Positions 7,272-15,648 of a DNA stretch of 15,648 nucleotides are shown here, in pieces. Source of the DNA: Armatimonadota bacterium (GTDB lineage: Bacteria; Armatimonadota; Zipacnadia; Zipacnadales; UBA5352); the NCBI GenBank assembly GCA_034722055.1, contig JAYENL010000012.1:1-15648 (forward strand). The letters are read 5' to 3'. The translations under genes and the position numbers were made by a program. The notes beneath the pieces are model-generated. The model was not told where the DNA came from, did not search any database, and worked only from the letters and a program-made list of their open reading frames with translations. Positions within the stretch are counted from its first letter, which is position 1; each line of letters opens with the position of its first letter.

Positions 7272-8683
7272 AGTCGTTCGTCGTTGACCGGTCGTCTCCA
7301 GCCCACCCGCTGCTGATCCGGCGCCGGCAGGGCCCCGGCCTCCATGAGATCGGCGAGCACGAAGAACGACCCTGTCACGCAGATGGCATCGCGCTCCTCG
7401 GCCGTTTCGCGGGCGTGTGCGAGGGCCTGGACGGGGTCTGCAACCACCTCGTGGCTGCGCCAGATCGCCCCCGTGCGCTCCGCCAGCTCCTCGGCCGGCA
7501 TGGCGCGCGGCAGGCAGGCCCGGGTGAGGATGGCGTGGTCGGCCGATGAGAGCTCCCCCGCCACCACCTCGGCGGGCTTATCCTCGGACAGGCCCAGCAC
7601 CACGATGAGCCGGCGGCAGACGAGATGTCGGCGCAGGGCACGCATCAGGGCCCGCGCCGACTGCTGGTTGTGCGCGCAGTCAATGACCACCCACGGCCGC
7701 ACGTCCACGACCTGCACCCGCGCCGGCCACCGGACTCCCTCCAGCCCGTCCACGAAGGCCTCTGGCGGAACCTCCAGTCCCGCCTCACTCAGGCCCTCGC
7801 AGACCGCGGCGGCCACTCCCGCATTGATCGCCTGGTGCTCCCCGGCAAGCGGCAGCCGCAGCGCGACCCGCGCGCCCGCGTAGCCCCCCTCCAGCGGCTC
7901 GGTCAGCAGCGGCGGGTCGCCGGGCACGGCGTCCCGGGGCCGAAGGGGCGTCACCTCGCCGACCTCAAAGGGCTCCGCGAAGCGAAGCGGGCTGGCCTGC
8001 GCCGCCGCCGCGTGCTGGATGATGACTCGGGCCTCCGAGGGTTGCTGCGCGCTCACTACCGGCACGCCCGGCTTGATGATCCCGGCCTTCTGCTGCGCTA
8101 TCCCCGCCAGCGTATCCCCGAGGACGTGGGCGTGGTCGATGCCCAGGGTGGTGATGACCGACATCAGGGGAGCGACGACGTTGGTGGCGTCCAGCCGCCC
8201 TCCCAGGCCCACCTCCACGACGCACAGGTCCAGGTCCTCCTCGGCGAAGCGGAGCAGCGCCATGGCGGTGCAGGCCTCGAAGAAGCTGGGCCCGCGCAAC
8301 CCCTCCTCCTCCACCTGCTCCACCGCCGGCCGCACGGCGCTGGCGAGCCGCGCCACCTCCTCCTCGGTGATGGGCTGGCCGTTGATGCGCACCCGCTCGC
8401 GCCAGGACACCAGGTGGGGGGAGGTGAACATGCCGGTGCGGTGACTGGCCGCGCGCGCCGCCGCCTCGACCATCGCCGCCACCGAGCCCTTGCCCTTCGT
8501 GCCGGCGATATGCACCGCGGCCAGCCGCTCGTGGGGATCGCCCAGCAGCTCCATCAGCCGCCGAGTGGCGTCCAGGTTCATGCGCCGCGCGAACCGCCGG
8601 TCCAGGCCGGTGCGCTCCGGATCCGCCAGCGCCTCCAGCCACTCAGCCGCCTGCCGGTATGTCATCGGTCGGCGCCGGCCCAT
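7229..8683 (-). CDS. folC: Bifunctional folylpolyglutamate synthase/dihydrofolate synthase
   Basis: Motifs HIAGTKGKGS (P-loop), FTSPHL..RERVRING, VEVGLGGRLDATN, DH..LGDTL, KAGIIK, WPAR, DCAHN and VTGSF. GGAGG lies 7 nt upstream of ATG 8683; an alternative start is at 8665. Confidence 0.95.
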   Translation of the reverse strand: MGRRRPMTYRQAAEWLEALADPERTGLDRRFARRMNLDATRRLMELLGDPHERLAAVHIAGTKGKGSVAAMVEAAARAASHRTGMFTSPHLVSWRERVRINGQPITEEEVARLASAVRPAVEQVEEEGLRGPSFFEACTAMALLRFAEEDLDLCVVEVGLGGRLDATNVVAPLMSVITTLGIDHAHVLGDTLAGIAQQKAGIIKPGVPVVSAQQPSEARVIIQHAAAAQASPLRFAEPFEVGEVTPLRPRDAVPGDPPLLTEPLEGGYAGARVALRLPLAGEHQAINAGVAAAVCEGLSEAGLEVPPEAFVDGLEGVRWPARVQVVDVRPWVVIDCAHNQQSARALMRALRRHLVCRRLIVVLGLSEDKPAEVVAGELSSADHAILTRACLPRAMPAEELAERTGAIWRSHEVVADPVQALAHARETAEERDAICVTGSFFVLADLMEAGALPAPDQQRVGWRRPVNDERLGGSEDTAAPDGNG

Positions 8684-9911
8684 GCTCCACCTCCTCCCGC
8701 CGTGGCGGCGTGCGGGCCTGGCTGGCCGCTACGATCGTCAGCACTGACAGCCCCGCCGCGGCGACGAAGACCCACTCGTAGCCGAACAGGTCCCAGATGT
8801 ACTTCCCGCCGAAGTAGGGCACCACCATGGAGACGGCGTGGTTGAGCGTGATCCCCATCGACAGCGACGGCGAGACATCCTCGGGACGGTCCGCGATCTT
8901 CGCCAGGTAGGCGCTCCGGGCGTTCTCGACCCCGAAGAGCAACTGGTCCAGCACGTAGCACGCGAACAGGACCCAGATCGGCCGGCCCTCGGGCAGCCCG
9001 ACTCTGTTGGCGAAGGCGTATCCGAGGCAGATGAGCACCAGCATGGCGCCGTCGGCCATCAGCACTCTCCGCTCGCCCCACCTGTCGATCAGCTCTCCCA
9101 GCCCCTGCTGGAAGAACACGCCGATCACCGCTGAGGCGATCCACAGCTTGGCGAAGGTGGATGCCGGCTGACCGTAGACCTTCACCAGCACCCAGGGGGC
9201 GAAGGTCAGGAAGACCTGCTTGCGGGCCCCGAACAGCGTGCACAGCACGTAGTAGAGGGTGTACTTCCGCTTCACCACCAGCTTCTCCCGCCTGGTGTGC
9301 CGCTCGGTGGGCTTGAGGCGGAAGTAGAACAGGGCGCCCAGGATCGCCGCGACGCCGCCGAAGACGAAGGTGACGAGGTAGTTGTGCCCCATGGTCTCGA
9401 TGACCAGCCATACCGCCGCTCCGCCCACGATGGTGGCGCCGACTCGCGCCGCCTGGGTCTGGCCCAGCCGCCGGCCGTGCTGGCGCTCGGTGCCCAGGCT
9501 CATGGCGATGGCGCTGCGCATGGGCATCTCCACATGCTGGCCGATGCTCCAGGTGATCATGAAGGCCAGCATCAGGCCCCACTGGGGGCCGATCAGTCCC
9601 AGGCCCACCATGCCCAGGCCGGTGAAAGATGCTGCCAGCGCGGCCACCCGGTTCTCGACGAGGAAGAACAGCGCCCCCGACAGCAGCGCTACCAGGAAGC
9701 CGGGAAGCTCCCGTGGGAACTCCAGCGCTCCCCGCGTCGTCGCCCCGATGTGGAAGACGTCGTTGAGGTAGTTGTTAAAGGTGGTCTGGAAGACGCCATT
9801 GCTCACGCCCAGCGCGAAGACCGCCACCAGGAAGGCTACCAGTTGCGGGTTTTTGCGCAGCTTGCGGGCGATGGTCTCTCGCATCTGTTGGCTCCTCATC
9901 CGGCCCGTCAT
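8643..9911 (-). CDS. MFS transporter
   Basis: About 12 hydrophobic segments and an MFS motif A-like GELIDRWGERR. Its 3' end overlaps the folC start by 41 bp. The start is uncertain (9911, 9899 or 9884). Confidence 0.88.
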   Translation of the reverse strand: MTGRMRSQQMRETIARKLRKNPQLVAFLVAVFALGVSNGVFQTTFNNYLNDVFHIGATTRGALEFPRELPGFLVALLSGALFFLVENRVAALAASFTGLGMVGLGLIGPQWGLMLAFMITWSIGQHVEMPMRSAIAMSLGTERQHGRRLGQTQAARVGATIVGGAAVWLVIETMGHNYLVTFVFGGVAAILGALFYFRLKPTERHTRREKLVVKRKYTLYYVLCTLFGARKQVFLTFAPWVLVKVYGQPASTFAKLWIASAVIGVFFQQGLGELIDRWGERRVLMADGAMLVLICLGYAFANRVGLPEGRPIWVLFACYVLDQLLFGVENARSAYLAKIADRPEDVSPSLSMGITLNHAVSMVVPYFGGKYIWDLFGYEWVFVAAAGLSVLTIVAASQARTPPRREEVEHGPAPTDDIPAGG

Positions 9912-9929
9912 GTCGCGCCGGCCGATGTG

Positions 9930-9963
9930 AAACGCCCCCTCCGGGCCGGCGGCGGAGGGGGCG
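9930..9963 (-). terminator. Probable intrinsic terminator downstream of glyA
   Basis: Perfect 11-bp stem cgccccctccg (9933-9943) / cggagggggcg (9953-9963) with a 9-nt loop, followed on the minus strand by TTTCAC. It lies 24 nt after the glyA stop. Confidence 0.65.
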
Positions 9964-9987
9964 GCTGTGTTCGCTGTCCGCCTGCCG

Positions 9988-11247
<1,260 letters not shown>

Positions 11248-11477
11248 CGTGCTGTGACCTCCATCTCGGCGTCTGGTCCGCAGGGGTGTTCTCTCCTCAG
11301 CCACGTGATTCCTCGACGCCGGCGAGGCTCCTCGCCGCCGGCGTGGCCGCTCCCCCGACCTCCCAGCAGCGAAGCTCACCGGAGAGCGGGGCGCGTCCCG
11401 GGACCGCTGCGCGCCCGCCAGTATCCGAGCCTGCTGATCCCGTTCGCCATCGCTCCCCCCTGCTCGTCATGCGCCAA

Positions 11478-13610
11478 TCACTGGACGTAGCCCATATCCT
11501 TGAGACGCCTCATGATCGCGGGTGGAACCTGCTCGCGCCCACTTCCCGTCCTGCGCGCCATCAACGCCAGTGATGCCTCAGTCCACGCCAGCAGGTCCTG
11601 CTCCATCGCGCTGGTGTCCGGGGCATGTGGCAGGCCGTGGATGTTGTGGTGCTCGCCGGGATCCTTCCGCAGATCGTACAGCTCGAAGCGCTGTGCGCTC
11701 ACATAGTAGAGGAGCTTGTATCGGCCGCTCAAGACACCCTTCCGGATGCACCCGTGACAGCAGCCCTCAAGCCAGATGCGCTTATCCGGCAGGGCGCTTT
11801 GGCCGGAGATCAGGGGAGCGATCGACCGTCCGTGCATGGCTTTGGGAACGTCGAGCCCGCACAGCTCAAGCACGGTCGGCGCCACGTCGAGCAGCGATAC
11901 CGGATCGGCGATGGTATGTCCCTCGCGCTGCCCGGGCAGGCGGATCAGCAGTGGCACGTGCAGGAGCTCGTTGAAGAGGGACTGACCGTGCTCCCAGCCG
12001 CCGTGCTCCCAGAACTCCTCGCCATGGTCGCTCCAGAGGACGATGAGACTGTGGTCCCAGAGATCGGCCGAGCGCAGCACCGCGACCAGCCGGCGCAGCC
12101 AGCGGTCGAAGAACTCCACCTCCGCCACATAAGCGTCACGGATACGCTGCCTCTCCTCCGGGGAGGAGTTAGCCCAGCCAGCCACCGTCGGTGTGCCCGG
12201 ATACACGCGTAGCTCCTCAGGCGCCGTCGGCGCGTCGTAGGGCCCGTGCGGGTCCATATAGTGCACCCAGATGAGCGCCGGACCTCCCTCCGCTCCCCCA
12301 ACCGCCTGCTCCACCACCCGCGTCACCTCGTCAGCGCGCTCACGGTCATCGACCGTGGTCAGCAACTGCCTGGGGAGCAGCCGGAGCCGGGAGAGCTCCT
12401 GACCGATTCGCAGGTCCCCGGGCACCGGCGGCACCGCCACGTGGCGAAACAGATCGAAGCCCTGGTCGGCATGGGCCGCGGTGGTCAGGTTCCCATTGGT
12501 CACCACTGCCGCGGTGGTGTATCCGGCCGCGTTCATGATCTCGGCCAGCATCTCCGCTTCAGTGTCCCACGCGTAGAGGGTGCTGTCCGCGCCTGCACCG
12601 GTCAGGCCCAGCGAGCGGGCCACACCCATCTCGGACGGGTAGCGGCTGCTGAAGAACGAGGCGAACGACGGCCTGGTCCAGGGTGCCACCGAGTACGCCT
12701 GCTCGAAGGTATAGCTTTCGGCGGCCAGACTGTCGATGTTCGGCGTCCTCACCGGGCCACCGGCGTAGCCCACGTAGTCGGCACGCAATGTGTCCACGCT
12801 GATCAGAACCACACTCGGCCTCTCCTGATCTGCCGTCGAGGCCGTGCCGCCCGAACCGCCCGGCCAGGCGACGGGCTCGTCATAGGCCCTCACCGCACCG
12901 GCGACCAGCAACGCTACGACCGCGACTGCACACGCTGCAGCGGCAATCCGCCCTCCCGCGGACCCGATGCGACCGACGGCGCCGGCCGCATATCGCGCCA
13001 CTACGGCGCCCGCAGCCCCCGCTAGGCCCGCCGCCCCGACCGCCACGGCCAGCGCCCAGACCGCCGAGGGCAGCAGGCGCATAGTCATGGCGCGCAGCGC
13101 CGCCACGAACACCCCGGAACCGACGATCACGCCGACCGCCAGCGGCACCCCGGACACTCGACGCATCCGGCCCTCGCGCACCGCCACCGCCCCGGTCAGT
13201 CCAAGACTCACCACAATGGCAGCCAGCCAGTGCCACAGATAGCTGGTCTCGAACAGTTCCTGTACGCCACAGAATGCGGCCACCGCTCCCAGGCCCAGAC
13301 CGGCCCCTGCGTTCAGAACGCCCCATGAGACTGAGCGCACGCCCGGGGTCCGACGCAGCCCGCTGAGCAGCAGCCCGAACGCCAGCCCAACTGCCGTGGC
13401 CGGCAGCACATGCATCGCAAGCGCCAGGACGAGGTGCTGCACCGTCCCGGAGGCATCCGCCGTCAGATCGATGGGCACCCCGGTGGGAGAAAGCGCGTCA
13501 TCCAGCCCGGCGACGGCCCCCAGCACCGCTCCTGCGGCAGCGAACAGACGCAGCGCCCCCTTCGGGAGCGCCTCATACTGCTCGCCGTCCACCCGGGCCT
13601 GGTCTCTCAT
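11478..13610 (-). CDS. Membrane-anchored sulfatase-like hydrolase/transferase (alkaline phosphatase superfamily)
   Basis: The N-terminal ~240 aa contain several TM helices. These are followed by [67 protein letters not shown] and a C-terminal LKDMGY. Confidence 0.88.
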   Translation of the reverse strand: MRDQARVDGEQYEALPKGALRLFAAAGAVLGAVAGLDDALSPTGVPIDLTADASGTVQHLVLALAMHVLPATAVGLAFGLLLSGLRRTPGVRSVSWGVLNAGAGLGLGAVAAFCGVQELFETSYLWHWLAAIVVSLGLTGAVAVREGRMRRVSGVPLAVGVIVGSGVFVAALRAMTMRLLPSAVWALAVAVGAAGLAGAAGAVVARYAAGAVGRIGSAGGRIAAAACAVAVVALLVAGAVRAYDEPVAWPGGSGGTASTADQERPSVVLISVDTLRADYVGYAGGPVRTPNIDSLAAESYTFEQAYSVAPWTRPSFASFFSSRYPSEMGVARSLGLTGAGADSTLYAWDTEAEMLAEIMNAAGYTTAAVVTNGNLTTAAHADQGFDLFRHVAVPPVPGDLRIGQELSRLRLLPRQLLTTVDDRERADEVTRVVEQAVGGAEGGPALIWVHYMDPHGPYDAPTAPEELRVYPGTPTVAGWANSSPEERQRIRDAYVAEVEFFDRWLRRLVAVLRSADLWDHSLIVLWSDHGEEFWEHGGWEHGQSLFNELLHVPLLIRLPGQREGHTIADPVSLLDVAPTVLELCGLDVPKAMHGRSIAPLISGQSALPDKRIWLEGCCHGCIRKGVLSGRYKLLYYVSAQRFELYDLRKDPGEHHNIHGLPHAPDTSAMEQDLLAWTEASLALMARRTGSGREQVPPAIMRRLKDMGYVQ

Positions 13611-13653
13611 CGCGAGTGCCTTCCCGGCATCCTGTCAGGGCGCTCACCGCCGT

Positions 13654-15288
13654 TCAGTGCCAGAAGTGCCTCATGCCGGTCATGACCATGGGGATGCCGT
13701 GCTCATTGGCGGCCGCAATGACCTCCGCGTCGCGGCGCGAGCCGCCGGGCTGAATGATCGCCGAGCAGCCCGTGGCCGCCGCCGCATCCAGGCCGTCGCG
13801 GGCCGGGAACATGGCGTCCGAGGCCAGCACCGCGCCCTGCGCCCGGTCGCCGGCCTTCCGCGCCGCGATGATGGAGCTGTCCACGCGGCTCATCTGCCCC
13901 GCCCCGCAGCCCACCAGGTGCGTGCCCCGCACCAGCACGATGGCGTTGGACTTCACGTGCTTGGCGATGCGGTCGGCGAAGACCATGGAGCGAACCTGCT
14001 GCTCGGTCGGCTCCGCCTCCGTGACCAGCTCCCACTCCTCGGGCATCACAGCCTGGTAGTCGCGCTCCTGCACCAGCATCCCGCCGGGAATGGCCCGCAT
14101 GTCCAGGTCCCGCGTGCGGCCCTCCGGGCGGAAGTCCTGCAGGACCATGATTCGCATGTTCTTCGACCGGCCCGTGAGGATCTCCAGCGCCTCAGGCTCA
14201 TAGCCGGGCGCGATGATGGCCTCGACGAAGGCCCCGATGATGGTGACGTCGGTCAGCCCGCTCTCCTCGTAGAAGCGCGGCTTGATGACCTCCTCAAGCC
14301 AGTCGCTGTTGAAGACGCCGTCGGCGGTCTCGGCGTCCACCACGCGGTTGAAGCCCAGCACTGAGCCGAAGGCCGAGACCGGATCGGCGGTGTAGGCGTC
14401 CTCGAAGGCCTGGGCCAGCGTGTCGGCCGACGCCGCGCCGCAGGGGTTGAGGTGCTTGATGATGACGGCGGTGGGCTCCTCGAAGTCCCGTGCGGATTCC
14501 AGCGCCGCGGTCAGGTCCAGGTAGTTATTGAAGGACAGCGCCTTGCCGTGGAGCTGAATGGCGCCGGCCACGCCCGGCTCATGGGCGCCCAGGTCCTGAT
14601 ACAGCGCCGCCCTCTGGTGCGGATTCTCGCCGTAGCGCAGCTCCTGTGCCCGGCGCAGCTTCGGCGCGATGACGGTCGGGAAGCCGGGCTCGTCTGTGAG
14701 CTGCTCCCGCAGGTAGGCCGAGATCGCGGTGTCGTAGCGGCAGGTCATCTCGAAGGCCGCCAGCGCCAGCTCCCGCCGCGTCTCGATGGTGGTCTCGCCG
14801 TCGCCCTGGCGCATCTCCTCGATGACGCGATCGTAGTACGAGGGATCGGGCACGACGGTGACGTCGCGGAAGTTCTTGGCCGCCGAGCGCACCATCGCAG
14901 GCCCGCCGATGTCAATCTGCTCCACGGCCTCCTCGAGGCTGGTGCCCTCCCGGGCGATGGTCTCCTCGAAGGGGTAAAGGTTGACCACCACCATGTCGAT
15001 CAGCTCCACGCCGTGCTCCTCGGCCTCGGCCATGTGCCGCTCGGCATCGCGGAGCGCCAGGAGGCCGGCGTGGATCTTCGGGTGCAGGGTCTTCACGCGG
15101 CCGTCCATCATCTCCGGGAAGCCGGTGTACTGCTCGACCGCGGTGACGGGCACGCCGGCGTCCTGGAGCGCGCGCATGGTGCCGCCCGTGGAGAGGATCT
15201 CCACGCCCATCTCCGCCAGGGCCGTGCACAGCTCGACGATCCCGGACTTGTCCGAAACGCTGACCAGGGCCCGGCTGATGCCTGCCAC
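13654..15288 (-). CDS. purH: Bifunctional AICAR transformylase/IMP cyclohydrolase
   Basis: Motifs [82 protein letters not shown] and RHF.H. The GTG at 15288 has GGAGG 7 nt upstream. Confidence 0.97.
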   Translation of the reverse strand: MAGISRALVSVSDKSGIVELCTALAEMGVEILSTGGTMRALQDAGVPVTAVEQYTGFPEMMDGRVKTLHPKIHAGLLALRDAERHMAEAEEHGVELIDMVVVNLYPFEETIAREGTSLEEAVEQIDIGGPAMVRSAAKNFRDVTVVPDPSYYDRVIEEMRQGDGETTIETRRELALAAFEMTCRYDTAISAYLREQLTDEPGFPTVIAPKLRRAQELRYGENPHQRAALYQDLGAHEPGVAGAIQLHGKALSFNNYLDLTAALESARDFEEPTAVIIKHLNPCGAASADTLAQAFEDAYTADPVSAFGSVLGFNRVVDAETADGVFNSDWLEEVIKPRFYEESGLTDVTIIGAFVEAIIAPGYEPEALEILTGRSKNMRIMVLQDFRPEGRTRDLDMRAIPGGMLVQERDYQAVMPEEWELVTEAEPTEQQVRSMVFADRIAKHVKSNAIVLVRGTHLVGCGAGQMSRVDSSIIAARKAGDRAQGAVLASDAMFPARDGLDAAAATGCSAIIQPGGSRRDAEVIAAANEHGIPMVMTGMRHFWH

Positions 15289-15310
15289 GGTCCATCCTCC
15301 CTCACATACG

Positions 15311-15344
15311 AAAAACCGCCGCCACGGGACGCCTCCCGGACGGC
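15311..15344 (-). terminator. Terminator-like hairpin plus U-tract inside the purH 5' leader (attenuator candidate)
   Basis: Minus strand gccgtc-cggga-GGCG-tcccg-t-ggcggc-gg-TTTTTcgt, between the promoter and the purH RBS. Confidence 0.6.
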
Positions 15345-15379
15345 CCTTTCGCGGCTGCTCACCTGACGGCTCGCTGGCG

Positions 15380-15408
15380 ATTATACGCCTCGCGCGGAGG
15401 GATGTCAA
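15380..15408 (-). promoter_or_regulatory. Perfect-consensus sigma70 promoter for purH
   Basis: Minus strand TTGACA (15408-15403), 17 bp, TATAAT (15385-15380). This is very unlikely by chance in ~70% GC DNA. Confidence 0.92.
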
Positions 15409-15413
15409 AACGC

Positions 15414-15610
15414 CGGGCCGGCTTCGTCGGGCCTGCCGGCCCTTCTCAGGTCGGCCCCTCCCAGGGCCTGTGACGGTACGAGGAGGGGCCGTCCTGAGTG
15501 CGACTGCGCAGCAGTCGGCCGAAGTCGGCCCCAGAGTATGCGGGCCGGCTTCGTGGGGCCTGGTGGCCCTCCTCAGGTCGGCCCCTCCAAGGGCCTGCGA
15601 GGGTACGAGG
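15414..15610. repeat. Two direct copies of a 70-nt structured repeat (15414-15483, 15541-15610) separated by a 57-nt spacer
   Basis: Ungapped manual alignment gives 63/70 identical, with a period of 127 nt. Each copy has two 5-bp ggccc/gggcc hairpins. Confidence 0.9.
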
Positions 15611-15648
15611 TCGGGACGGCGCCGGGTAGGGAACGAGTCTGGAGCGCG

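Noticed and set aside
11248..11379. N-terminal extension of GlyA to 11379
   Set aside because: It is an Arg-rich non-homologous stretch. The GGAGG RBS supports ATG 11247.
11340..11430. ZTP (pfl) riboswitch upstream of glyA
   Set aside because: ACUGGCG and GGGGAGCG are present, but the essential 3' GCCG..CGYCUGGGC pseudoknot hairpin is not found.
15350..15370. SRP RNA-like gtcaggt...agcagcc motif in the purH leader
   Set aside because: The GNRA-capped stem between CAGG and AGCA is missing and there is no long flanking helix.
15289..15408. N-terminal extension of PurH to 15408 and a leader-peptide ORF at 15108-15362
   Set aside because: The 15408 'start' is the TTG of the -35 box. The strong RBS is at 15296-15300, before GTG 15288. 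The overlapping ORF lacks a convincing RBS.
15414..15610. Hammerhead, HDV-like ribozyme or tandem glycine riboswitch interpretation of the 70-nt repeat
   Set aside because: Minus-strand CUGAGGA-stem-CACGAAG lacks the adjacent GAAA, and copy 1 reads CUGAGAA. An HDV-like threading lacks the P1.1 GG and a proper L3. The glycine aptamer elements GGAGAG/CCGAAG are not positioned correctly.
15414..15610. CRISPR array
   Set aside because: Only two copies are visible, 70 nt is too long for a CRISPR repeat, the copies differ at 7 positions, and no cas genes are in the window.

Overview
High-GC bacterial chromosomal window; the phylum cannot be determined from the sequence alone. It has nine supportable genes, eight on the minus strand. 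Read right to left: a perfect-consensus sigma70 promoter and a short terminator-containing leader precede purH, followed by a membrane-anchored sulfatase-like protein, glyA, an MFS transporter overlapping folC, and a CocE/NonD hydrolase. The hydrolase converges on a small secreted CARDB-like protein. A secreted heparinase II/III-like lyase and a secreted multidomain hypothetical protein close the window. The most interesting signals are non-coding. (i) The ~85-nt purH leader looks like an attenuator but does not match the ZTP, purine or PRPP riboswitch motifs as I recall them. (ii) Two copies of a structured 70-nt repeat (63/70 identical, 57-nt spacer) sit just upstream of the purH promoter. 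(iii) The 230-nt glyA leader is structured. (iv) Heterogeneous REP-like hairpin clusters occur, one of them translated as the FolC C-terminal tail. PurH also carries an apparent 24-aa internal tandem duplication. No rRNA, tRNA, CRISPR-Cas or transposase was seen.
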